Below are positions 25,790-37,400 of a stretch of 64,000 nucleotides of DNA, in pieces. The notes under the pieces are model-generated. The model made no database searches, was not told where the DNA came from, and worked only from the letters and a program-made list of their open reading frames with translations. The DNA lies in NCBI GenBank assembly GCA_964270895.1, contig OZ185436.1. The stretch is one strand, 5' to 3'. A program made the position numbers and the translations under genes. Origin of the DNA: Podarcis filfolensis. Taxonomy: Eukaryota. How positions within the stretch are numbered: position 1 is the stretch's first letter; each line of letters begins with the position of its first letter.

Positions 25790-27740
25790 CCCAGCTCTGG
25801 ACAAAATAGTAGGGTCTAGTGCAATAGGGGGCAACATGCAGCCGGTATGTAAGCCCCTGAGGCACTTTTGTGCTACAACATTGAGAACCTCTGCTTTCAA
25901 AGTTCAAACAATAGGTTTCTAGCCCTCATGGTTCCAAATAAAATTTTGAGAACATAAATTCAGTGTGCTCCTGTCTAGCTGTGCATTCCTCTAGGCATGC
26001 ATGTTAGGTTGTGTCTCGAGCTACGTACGCTTCTTTGTTTCTGAGTCACAACTAAACAGGGTAGCTACTGTCTATCCACTGATCCTCAAACTGTACTAAG
26101 GGCCTGTCTACATTCCAAATTTAAACCAGTTTCAACCCTCATCTGCCACGGCTCTAAAACAACAAATTCTAGGAAGTGTCGTTCTGTAAAAGGGTCTAAG
26201 ATACTACAAAAGAGTTCTCAGCAGCCTCACCAAAAGGTTTCCATTCCTGCAGTTCTTTACAGAAAGCCATGACAGTGAAACAAGTTTCAAACTGTTTTGT
26301 GAAACAGATACTTACTAAGCAACTGGGGTACTCAAGAGGTGTGCCCTGAAAAATCACCAAGAAAGCTCAGATTTTGTGTTGTGTGCCATAGCTAGATCCT
26401 CTCCATTTGATGTGCACAAAGAGCCAATTTCACTGTAGTCTTTTTTACCACCTCCTCTTGCCTTTACAGTATACCTTTGCGGGCTTGGCCTGCTTTAACA
26501 AGAGGAGATCCTTTCTTAAGGCAACAAAAACCACCACCCCATTTTTCATAACTGAGAACAGGGCTGCGGACCATTTCCTTTCCTTGCTCTTTTCAGTCCC
26601 CAAAGTGTTTGCTCCACTTATATTATCTGCTATAGAAGCACCAGCTAAACCACCTGGTTGTGAATATACACAGACAACAAGTCATTTGCCTCTGCCACTG
26701 CAAAGAGACCTTCCCTAAACCCTAAGTGTTTCATTTTAGACTTCCTGGTGATGTGCAAATGTTACCGCACTTTTTTACCCCAGTTGATTATATCATTGAA
26801 AATTGAGCCAGAACTCCAGAGTTCTGCTCCCATCCCTGGACTAGTCAGAATACATCCCATAAACCGATTAGCAACGCCACTAGGTGACATCACCACCCTC
26901 AAATAAAAAAGGAGAGAAAAAGAGAGCAGAACTTAGGACTTCCACCTCTTTTTACACATACTTTTGTCCTTTAGACACATGTTCATTTTAGGTGATCCAA
27001 TACCCCTTCCAGAAGGCTAACAAGTCTGGGAATACTAAACCAATTGGTTTTTTTCCAGTTTAAATATTTATATTTTTTTAAAAAATGGGAAGAAAGAAAT
27101 AATAAAAAGCAGTTGACTCTGGGCAACGACCATGAAAACTGGAAGAAAAGCCTACCCAAACAGAAAAGAGAATAAAAAGATATTTGATTAAAACCTCCTG
27201 ACACCTTCAGCAGGCTCTATCTTTGTCTTCTTGAGAACAGCAACAAAGGGAGGGGGAGCAGGTAGGACCATCAAGTTGCTGTTGTGGTGGTGGTAAAGGG
27301 GAAGGGGAAAGGGGGGATGCTGAAGCACAAATTATCTCAATTAAACTGCGGCTGGGAAGAGGAACAAAAACCACATCTTTCCACCCTTTCCCAAGAACAG
27401 ACAATGCACTATGGTAAGTAAAATGCTGGGGTAAGTAACAAAGACAGGTTGGGAGAAGGGTGGGATATTTTTTTTGCAGCCCTCCCTCCCTGTCTTTCCT
27501 ATCTCTGGACAATCAGGGTAGAGAAGCCGCAAAGCCTGGATCATCATTTCTGTCCTCCCCACCATTTTCACAAAAATCTGGCCAAAGTCCTTCTTCCCCT
27601 TCCCACACAGCTGCTTCTCTTTGTTTTCATGGAGGCAGAGAAAGGCTGAAATGACTTGAGACAGTAGCGGTTGGCAGAGTCCCCGTTCACTTCTCCCCAC
27701 CCAAGCTCTCCACACCCTTCGCGAGCTGCACCCGTCCTCC

Positions 27741-27899
27741 TCAGCCCATGAAGGAGTCGCCCTCGTCCTCCTCAAAGTGGCACTGCTGCAGCACCTTGAT
27801 GTGGTACTCGTAGATCTTGAGAGCAGGCCCCAGGCGGATGGAGAGGCCGGTCAGGACATCGGTGCGCTGCATCAGCAGAAGAGACTTCCCATCAATCTC
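27741..27899 (-). CDS. SAMD1: SAMD1 last coding exon ([30 protein letters not shown]...FMG*)
   Basis: ctgcag| acceptor and TGA at 27743-27741. Encodes the SAM domain C-terminus. Total CDS is 1482 nt, or 493 aa. Confidence 0.95.
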   Translation of the reverse strand, partial: EIDGKSLLLMQRTDVLTGLSIRLGPALKIYEYHIKVLQQCHFEEDEGDSFMG

Positions 27900-27979
27900 C
27901 TGCAGCGGGAGCAACAGAGGCACAAAACATCAGGGCATTTAGGGCACAGGGACTCCCCCCATTAAGAGACGGAATATAG

Positions 27980-27980
<1 letters not shown>

Positions 27981-28018
<38 letters not shown>
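27981..28018 (+). repeat. (AC)19 microsatellite in SAMD1 intron 4
   Basis: Direct read. Confidence 0.95.
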
Positions 28019-28020
<2 letters not shown>

Positions 28021-28282
28021 CTTTTAAGAAAGCAATAGTAGAGATCTGTATTAAGAAGGAATACCCCTCCTCAGTGAACCAGAGGATAGAAGGGAAGTGT
28101 TCCATAAATCTAGATGAGCTTCCAGGTTGCGGAATGGATAGGATTGAATTTATGCACATTTTTTTGCCTATCTTGAATGCTTAGCCCTTCCCCATTCTTT
28201 TAACACATATTTAAGCATTATCAATTACGATTCATGCCACTGGTTTAACACCTGGCCATCAACCCATTGCCTCCAACACAAG

Positions 28283-28372
28283 CATAGCTGTCAACTTTTC
28301 CCTTTACTTGTGAGGAATCCTATTCGGAATAAGGGAATTTCCCTTAAAAAAAGGGAAACGTTGACAGCTATG
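28283..28372. mobile_element. 90-bp hAT MITE in SAMD1 intron 4
   Basis: About 23-bp TIR CATAGCTGTCAAC(T/G)TTTCCCTTT and perfect 8-bp TSD aacacaag. Confidence 0.92.
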
Positions 28373-29181
28373 AACACAAGTCACCAGGAAATGCCCATCC
28401 TAGGCAGAATTTCATATTTTGAAATAGTCACAAGAGTATTTTTCAGTCTTTTCTATTGAACACAGCGCATAGGAAGCATGATGACACCACTCTCTGTTGA
28501 GCTTAGGTCGCAACAGGGCCTATGGAAAGGTGGCTTGAAGGCGCAGATGTCCATAGACAGCATCCAGCTCACAAGGTGGGATGCTTCTAGGTGCAGATCC
28601 CTGAAGAGGGAAGCCTGACTTTGGCCTTGGTTGGTGCCATTGACAGCTGTAATTGGACCAGGCAGAGAGCCTTGATTACAAGAGGAGAGAGGGCTGACAG
28701 AGCCAAATCCCATGCTAAGGGGAAGAGGCAGAGAGGGATGGGGAAGACATATGTGGGAGAACACTCTGGATGCTTCCTATGAACATAAACACACATTCAA
28801 ATAGGATTGCTGAGCCCTAGTAACTTTATTTTTCCTGAAGCGAATAGCCAGTCGGAAGCACTGGTGGGGGGGGGCAATATGGATAACTGAAACAGATCTC
28901 TAATCATTGGCAAGCACCTCTGTTATTTGCAAGGCAGGTTTTTTAGCACGCAAGAAAACCCCACGGTGACTGCTGCTTTGATGTACAATCATATGCACCC
29001 TGGCTCGTGTTTTACATTCGACAAAGAGCCCCTAAGCAACTAGGAACCAAGTGTGCATACATGCAAGTCCCTACCCTGTTAAACATTCAGTGCCCATGCC
29101 ATTCAGGGCCTTCTATTTCACTAAGAGTTCCGCTTGAGCATTAATCCCCAAATCTTTCACTTGGTATCCCAAGGTTCTCAC

Positions 29182-29290
29182 CTGTTCTTGAAAGGCAGAT
29201 GCTTGCTCAGCAAAACCAGCTTCTGTGAAATAATCCACAACATCACTCACAGTCCATTCCACTGGGTCAGAAGGCTTCTCCTTCACTGAG
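29182..29290 (-). CDS. SAMD1: SAMD1 coding exon 4 (SAM domain start, [24 protein letters not shown])
   Basis: ccttgtag| acceptor and CAG|gtgaga donor. 109 nt, phase 2 to 0. Confidence 0.95.
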
Positions 29291-30634
29291 CTACAAGGAG
29301 GAGAGAGAGAGAAAAGAGAATTCATACCCCAGGCATCCAGTGGCCTCCTGCTCCACAATGAGGACTTCTCACCAGGAGTTAAAAAGAAGAGAGTGCATGC
29401 ATGGATCCAGAATGGGAGGGGGGACAGATCATAAAAAGAACCCAACTTGAGCAAGAGACAAGTTTTTCTGTACGGGGCCACCCAAACCCCACCCCAGTAA
29501 TTTATTATGTGTATTTTTAAACCACACTTCAAATATACTGCGGGAAGGGGAGGGGTTACAAGAGTAAAACAAAATGTGAATAATAAAGTCAAATGCCACA
29601 AAATGACAGAGAGCAAGAACTTCATCTCAAAAGCTTGGGTAAATAAAAACAACACCTGCTTGGAGCTGAAAGGAAAAATAGCATCTTGTCAGGGAAACAT
29701 CTTTGGGCAGAAGATGTTCCATCACTTGCTGGGGATTTACCAGCAAAAACAAACCTTCTCTGGTTGCCACCCACCTCACCTCAGTCAGTGAGGCATATCT
29801 GGAGACAGATGGCCCTTCAAGTTCCCTTTGAACAGGACCCACTAATGGATTGGAAGCCAGCACAGCCACATAGCACAGGCAAAATATGATCCTAACACCC
29901 AGTCCCAGGCAGCAATCAAGCAGCTGCATTCTATACGAACTGCAGCTTCTGAACAGTTTCCCAAGGCAGCTCTATAGACAGTGCATTCCAGCAGTCTATC
30001 TTGGAGGTTCCCAGAACATGGGCGACAGAGGCCAGGCTAACAGGAAGCCTATCCCAGCAAACAGGAAGGGAAGGCCCCCATTAACAGGCACCAATATGGC
30101 ATCACAGTCACACAAATATGGCAATGTGCAAAGCAGCCTAATGAGGACGTCTAAGTATTTCAACCCCAGTGTGCCTGCTTCGGAATCTGAAGGGCAGCAG
30201 CAACTCATTTCCTCCAATGAAGGAGGGAGGCAGCTGAAGAAACTTGCAGGACTAACTTACTGCTTCCTCCTCTACTGCCACCACCTCAGCAGCCCCTCAT
30301 TCACTCTGACAGCAGCTTCATTTCCCAGAGTGTGCAAAAGCTAAGTGCTGCTGCTTTTCCTTCTCTTAAGAACCAGCTGGGGTGAGGCAGCAGCTACAGC
30401 TCCTCCCTCATTTCCATAAGCACCAGGGTAGAATGAGGGGCAAGCTTACCCAGATGAAAGCCCTTCTAGATGCAGTCAGCCTTTACTCACTGCTGAAGAC
30501 GTCTTGTCTGGTCCTTTTCTAAATAGGCAGTGGCACTGATGGCAGGGGACTCAAGTGTTCTCTCCTTACAGAGGGTCATAGGTGAACTAGCTGTCATTAG
30601 ACAAATGGGTTTTCGGTGCCCACTCAAAACTTAC

Positions 30635-30725
30635 GTGCAGCTGAAGGGTCTCCCATCTGCCTGGATGCCAGGTCTCCCAGGGGATGAGGGCACAGAGGGC
30701 TCAGTACCTGCAACAGCTGGTGACA
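30635..30725 (-). CDS. SAMD1: SAMD1 coding exon 3 (VSPAVAGTEPSVPSSPGRPGIQADGRPFSCT)
   Basis: ttctcccag| acceptor and CAC|gtaagt donor. 91 nt, phase 1 to 2. Similar to the mammalian PGKPALPGADGTPFGCP segment. Confidence 0.88.
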
Positions 30726-31188
30726 CTGGGAGAAAGTAAGAGAGAGGGAGAAAAAAAACACACAAATGGGAATCGGCCTGGTTCTCTTACAAAGCAACGA
30801 GGCTTTAACTAGCTGGTGAATGAATTTGTGTGTGTGCCTGGAGCCCTTTTGAGGCAGAGAACAAGAAGCCAGTTTTAATTCCCATGGCACAAACACCTGA
30901 GAGCCAAAGCCACCTTCCCACAATCCGACCACCCGCTTCTCGTCCACCCATAATACCACTGACCTGGCCTAGGGCTCCTAGGCATAATTCTCAATAGTGA
31001 GTTGCACAATGACGCCAGGGGTCTATTTACACTTGAAAAACCTGTGCAATAATCTTATCACCATCTCCAATGGTTCCTCCATTAGGATCTTTTACCATAT
31101 CCCTCTAGGGCCTGGGTCTCCCAAGAAAAGTCAAGCTTAGCCAACTACTCCCCCCGCCCTCTGCCACTCCCTCTCGCCCACCCTATAC

Positions 31189-31567
31189 CTGCTCTGTCTG
31201 GCTGCTGATAGGCGCTGCCATCTTTCTTGCTGCCCCCCAGATGGTGACAGGCACTTTCTCCAGGCCAAGAGGCCTTTGTATGACATTGCTCATTTCCTTC
31301 ATGGTGGGGACGCTCTGATCCTTTGTTCAAGGGCTGCTCCTCGAGGGAGCGCAGGTCTCTGGTGAGGGCACTGCTGGGTGGGATCTCTTTCCCACCGTGC
31401 TTGCTGTCCTTACAGTCCCCGTTCACCTGGCCTATCCCAGGTCTGCTGTAGTTGCTGGCCTCATAATCTTGTGCCACCTCTGAACCTTCAGACATGGTGG
31501 AGGCTTCATCCTCTTCTTCTTCTTCCTCCTCTTCTTCTTCTTCACCTTTGACCTCCTCACCTGCCTT
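31189..31567 (-). CDS. SAMD1: SAMD1 coding exon 2 (acidic tract, SEGSEV motif)
   Basis: tttgcag| acceptor and CAG|gtatag donor. 379 nt, phase 0 to 1. Poly-Glu followed by SEGSEV as in mammalian SAMD1. Confidence 0.85.
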
Positions 31568-31964
31568 CTGCAAACATAAAATACATATATATTTACAAAT
31601 CCAGGCCCCAGACTAATCATCCCTGTATCTAACTCTCCAGGCTTACTCAATGTTGGTGCCTCAAGTTCCTTGTTTCACTTTTATTGACTTTACAGTACTG
31701 TCCTGCACGCAATTGTTGTTAATGTTGCTTACTGCCAGGCTAAGGGTGTATGGGATTGTGGACTTTTGCTAAATCCTATGCCAACTTTCCTGGGAGTTAA
31801 GTACCATTGACCTCTGTGGCTGTTGCTTCTGTCTACACGTAAACAGGACTGCACACTTTGACAACTAACCCAATCTACTTCCAGGTTACAATGTAATTTT
31901 ACTCAGAGCCCTTTCTTGTAATCCTGCTTTGGTTTCCCCTATTCGTTCAAAATGAGTTACTGTA

Positions 31965-32181
31965 CAGTGGTACCTTGGGTTACATACGCTTCAGGTTACA
32001 GACTCCGCTAACCCAGAAATAGTGCTTCAGGTTAAGAACTTTGCTTCAAGATGAGAACAGAAATTGTGCTCCGGTGGCGCAGCATGCCCCATTAACTAAA
32101 GTGGTGCTTCAGGTTAAGAACAGTTTCAAGTTAAGTACGGACCTCCGGAACGAATTAAGTACTTAACCCGAGGTACCACTG
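31965..32181. mobile_element. Tigger-like MITE, family B, in SAMD1 intron 1
   Basis: TIR CAGTGGTACC(T/C)..GGGTTA and TA TSDs. Confidence 0.9.
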
Positions 32182-32659
32182 TACTTGGAACCAGTGGTGT
32201 TGCTCCAATACTACCGCAAAATGCTCAGAGGCTTTTTGAAACACAGCAGGAGCCTTCTAATCCAAGAAGAGATGGAATCAAACTTCAGCCACACCATCCC
32301 TCCACTTGGCTTTGTTGGGCGGATCCGCCTAGATTTATGGAAATCTATTGCCATCCTTGTAGCAGAAAACTTGCCAAAAATAAGAGAGAACCAAAAGGGG
32401 CTTCTTTTTACTGGACTGTAATTGTATTCTACCCTTGATAATTGCTCTGATCCTTACTGGATTGGGTTACATTCCAGAGCTGGTCACCCTCCTGACCAAC
32501 ACCACATGATTTCTCCTTTTCTGCTCCCCCCTCCGCTCCCCGTTTGCATTCGCTGCCTTACTACTCCCACCACCTCCCGACCTTATTGGAGGTTACAGAA
32601 CCCTTTAGGTCAAGCACAAACTGACTCTTTGTTCTGTGTTTATACGGAGCCTGGCACGG

Positions 32660-34420
32660 CCTGAGTTTGGCGGGGGGGGGGCCGAGGTCGGAGAAGGGGC
32701 CACTGTCCAGGGCCCGACGTGCATCCTCAACGCCGCACAAATGTCACCGGAGGGCCACGCGCGCAGGTGAGCGGAGCCCCTCCGCACGCCCGGGGGTGGT
32801 TCTTACCCGCTCCCCAACTCGGCCCCGCAAGTTCCCCGCGGACCAGGCGGAGTTGTGCCATCCAGTGGCGGCCTTTCCGCTCACCTTCCCACAATACTTC
32901 GGAACTGCACGGGAGAATGTCGCCCCGTCGAAGCCCAGGCACCAATCGTGGCGCCCCCTCCCATGCCAAAGCGATTTGATTGGGCGCTGCCCATAACTCT
33001 TCCTCCCAGACACACGCACACCTGCGCGAGCGCCCGCTGACAACATTCGGGGGGCTGGGCGCCGTCTGGCCTCCCCGAAAGCGGCTCCTCTCCGGCGCCC
33101 GCCCCTCCGCTCCCCCCCCCGCGCCCAGTATTCGGGCGCCCCCTGCGCGCGCACTCCTCCGCTAGGTCCGTTTCCGTCCTGGGGAAGCTCACCTGTTCCC
33201 CTCAGCCCGTGCGCCCCCGCCGCCCCGCCCCCACCCCTCCCCCCGCGCGCGCCGCGGCAGCCCCTCACCTTGTTCCTGTAAGCCCTGGCGCTGGGCGCCC
33301 GGGCCTGCGCGCCTCTCTCCGCCCTGGGCAAGGCGACGCTGTTGCCGCTGCCGCTCCCGCCCCCGCCGCCACCCAAGCGGGTCCTCTCCAGCCGCTCCTC
33401 TTGGAGCAGCCCCTGCGCTCGGCCTCGAGTCACTCGGCCGCCCCCCGGCGCGGCGCCGTCGCCGCCCAAGTAGCGCACAATCTCTCGCAGGCTGACGGGG
33501 GAGGGCTCCTCCGGGGCGGGGGCAGGCGGCGGCGGTCGCTCCCGGCCGGTCCGACGAGGAGGCGGCGGCTGCGGCGGTGGCGGCGGAGGTGGTGGCGGCG
33601 GCGGCGCGGCTGGCTCCGCGCGGGGCGCTGCACGCTGGGAGGACCGGGGCGTCGCGGTGGCGGCGGCGGCGGCGGCGGGAGCGCTGGGCGGGGAAGTGCG
33701 GGCCGGCCGCTGCGGGGCCGCGGGGCTGGCGGCGGGCGTTCCGCCTCGCCGAGGCGGCTGGACCCGCGCAGCGTTGCGGTACGAGATGCTTCCCTTGTAG
33801 CTGACGCGGAGCACGGCGCGCTGCTGGATGAGCTTCTCCAGCTCGGCGCGGGTGCGCTCCGGCTCCGGGCCGTGCCGCCGGCGCACCATGCGGCAGATGC
33901 GCTCCAGGTCCGGGCGCGCCTTGCGCGAGCGCAGCGAGTCGATGGTGTCCAAGATCCACTCCTGGTAGCGCGGCGCCTCCTGGCCCGGGGGCGGCGGCGG
34001 GGGCCCGGCCATGGTGTTGCCGCCTCCCCCGGGGCTTCGCTGCCCCCGTGCGCCGCTCCGCCTTGGCCTCAGCTCTTGCCCGCGCGGCGCCAACTAGACC
34101 CTCCGCCCGGCAGGCGCTGCTGCTGCTGGAAGCGGCGGCGCGCGGGCTGGTCCGGGCAGCGCGAGCTCCTCCCTCCCCTTCCCCCAGCCGCACGCGCCGC
34201 CGCCTCCACCACCGCCCGAGCGGGACCCGCAGCCGCTTAAGGAGGCGCTGTTGCCTCCCGTAGCCTCCCTACACTTGGCGGCTTAAGGTGGAGCAGGAGA
34301 ATTCGCAGCGTCCCCTTAGCGGCCGCGCCGGCTGGAAAGGGCGCTCTCTGGCCGCCTCCGGCAGAAGTCAACAGCAGGAATCCGGCGAGTACATAATTCT
34401 TTTTTTAAAAAAAACAAAAA
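32660..34420. promoter_or_regulatory. CpG island covering the SAMD1 promoter, exon 1 and the 5' part of intron 1
   Basis: Extreme GC and CpG density. CCAAT motifs at 32942-32946 (+) and 32979-32983 (-). Confidence 0.85.
33269..34012 (-). CDS. SAMD1: SAMD1 coding exon 1 (winged-helix CpG-binding domain and Pro/Ala-rich region)
   Basis: ATG at 34012 (aacaccATGg). Translation RYQEWILDTIDSLRSRKARPDLERICRMVRRRHGPEPERTRAELEKLIQQRAVLRVSYKGSISYRNA is the SAMD1 N-terminal WH domain. Donor AAG|gtgagg, phase 0. Confidence 0.93.
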
Positions 34421-37400
34421 CTCGCTGGCTGTTCCATTTATAGCAGCAGGAGTTTCAGCGGCGGATTTCAGCGGAAAGTGGACTAGAAGTTTTCCCCTCA
34501 GCCTGCAACGCTTAGCTTTCCTCTCAAACGCCCGTCTTCATTTGCCCAATTTACGAACCTGACCTCCTCCTAGTCCACATTTATTCACTCAAAACTACGG
34601 CGGTCAGCGTCCACGCCCTTGCTTAATCCCGATCGCTGAAGGTTTGTCCTGCCTGCCCCTGTACCCTTGTATTTCCTGACTACAGCAGATAAATGCGAGC
34701 GCTGAAATATGGAAGGAGATCAGAACCTCTATGTTTTGCTTTGTGTGTTTTTTAAAAGGCGGCTGTAAAGAGAGGAAAAATGTCCCTCCCAGCCACCACT
34801 CCTTCACTTCCTATGACATTTGCTTTTGCAGCCCTAGGCTACACCATTAAGGTTTCAGTTCTGTGCACAGAGAAGCAAGCTCCACTGAGCATAGTGAGAC
34901 TTGCATCCAAGTAAATACACAGAGGTCAGACTGAACTGAACTCTTGCGGTTGTCACAACCAGTTGTCCTCTGGTCACACTAGGATGTCCTGCTGTAAACT
35001 CTCACAGTCTTGGGTACCCTCCTCCGACTCTTGTTCTCATACACTAGAAATGTTAGAAAGGAGGCCCTTAGATTTCACAATATGTTGCATTTTGATTACT
35101 GTACTCTTCTTTTTGGCCAGGACCCCAGAGTTTATGATGCGATGACATAACAAAACATAAGCTGCTAAAACATAGTTTAAGAGGATAAGTAGGATCAGAA
35201 AGGGGAAGCTTGTACCTGTTTCTATTATGGTTCAGCAATTAATTGTAACAGTTGGATTCCCCCTCCCCACAGCCCCAGAAGTCAGAATCTAAGCAATACT
35301 AGGAATATTGACTATTGAATTTCAAAGAGATGATACAGGAAATTTGCAGTAGAGTGACTGAGGCCTTGAGTATATTTTCTCTGTACTGATGTACTGTAGG
35401 GCTGTGAAATTTTCACAAGATGCCAAAGGCTAGCACACCACACTGTTCAGTTATTTGTGAACACGAGTTGCACTAAAGCATATCCATAGTAAATAGTGTG
35501 GTAGTTATTGTTCACGTAAAAGTCAGCAGTGCACATCAGCACCACCAACTTAAGCTATGTCTGGTTGAAGTCAGTGCTATTGTCCATCTTCTCTACCTGC
35601 TAATTACTCAAGTCCTGACCAAGCTGGACCAATCTTCATCACAGTCACTCTGTGGCTAAGCTACTACTACCCCTTGGGTAGTGCTAGCTTGCAGAGGAAG
35701 GGCAGTGCTGCAAAATGTTGTGTACACGCCACTTTTCAAGCTGTAGGCCCTTGCACAAAAGGGGAGCTACTACCAGGCATAGGGGAACCCCAAGATTTGT
35801 AGCAATACCAAAAAAAAAAAAAATGGTGGAAAAAACCCAATGGAAGGAAATCTCAAAGCAGACCAATGAGAACAGCATGCTCAGGAGCCAGAGACTGACT
35901 AACTGGTTTGAGGGAGGGAGTGGCTGGAATATTTAATAGCAGCACTCAGCACTGCATCATATTGTTGCAGCTCCAATTTCTATATATATTTCCAACAATA
36001 CATCGCAATAGCATGGCCAAGAATTAGAATACAGAGGCTACGTAAATAGGAGCAGGCTCGGTTCTCGGTGAGAGATGCGTTGAATGTCTATGCAGAGTGC
36101 AGCAACCTACTGAACTATATAGTAGATGAGTTCCTGCAGTACACTGACCATCATAAGAGAAATACAGTAGTGATCTGCTTTATGTCTGGGACAGGAGCAA
36201 GAAGAGGGGGAAAGTGAATAAGGGATCCTACAGAACAGAATCCCTTCCTTGTTGATTTTGGGGGAGAACAAAAGCATCTGCTTTGTATGTTGGTCCCAGA
36301 TGTAATCCTTGTTGGCTTAAGGTAGGACTGGGGGGAAACCTTGCATCAAAAACCCTAGAGAGCCACTGCCAGCCAGTGCAGACAGTATTAAGCTGGATAG
36401 ACCAATGATCTGACTCAGAATCAGGTAGCTTTCTATGGCCCCAAAAGCAAAATGGATAGAATAAATTGCACAGCCATGCTAAGTTACCATGAGTTTTAAC
36501 ATTGTGCTATAGACTACTTCTATAAGTTGAGGACAGCTGATAAGGATATGTTAAGATCAAGTGGGTAGCTTTCATGAGTTATATTCTCAGTTCCAACATA
36601 TTGCAATTAGGGCAGAATAACAGGGTTTTGTGTCTTCTTAGGCTGTACCTGTTTAACTCAATACTTTCCCCAGTGCTAATCCTGTGAGAATTTCCAGTCC
36701 ACCTCAAATCATAGTTTTTCCAGTTATGGCACAGGTAACACGATTTAGCAGTAATGTGGACTGTGGGAAGCAGGGGCTTTGATCCACCCCCATTACTGAT
36801 GGGAAAGAGGCACTGGAAAGGGAAGCAATATGCCCATGTTCACAAGCTGAGTCAGTGAGAGGAAGTGATCAGGAATGAACTGCCTTCATGCCATCTCTTT
36901 TTCAAGCCCTCCTCCCTTCCAGAGGTGGGAATAAAGCACTGTAGCCTTCAGTATGTTTTGAAACTACCAGTCCACTTGTTTTACTTTAAAACTCCCAGTG
37001 TGTCAAACGAATGATCTTTTCCAAACCGAAGCATTTGTGCCCTCCAGAGAGATTTCAAGAGCAACCGCCTTGAAAAATTGCAGTAGCATTTTTGTTACTC
37101 TTAACATCTCTCATTTGTGGTTTTCCTTAAAACACCAAGGTTCAAGAATTCCAGTATTTGCTGGCAAGCAAATGCAAGGTTTCCTGGCATCATGAACAGA
37201 GATAAGAGTATGCCAAACGTAGCATTCCTCTTGAGTATACAACTTTAACATATATACACATCAGTTATCTAAACCTTATGTAAAAAGGATATTATGCAAG
37301 TCAAATGGCCTGAAGACTACACACAAACACACACACATACAGATTAATCCAACTTGAAGATACCTAAACAGCTGATACAATTGGAGTACGATTCCTTACA

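Noticed and set aside
32744-34240. 449-aa extension of SAMD1 exon 1 and overlapping 334- and 343-aa ORFs
   Set aside because: Stop-poor GC-rich CpG island. SAMD1 homology starts at ATG 34012 and ends at the donor at 33268.
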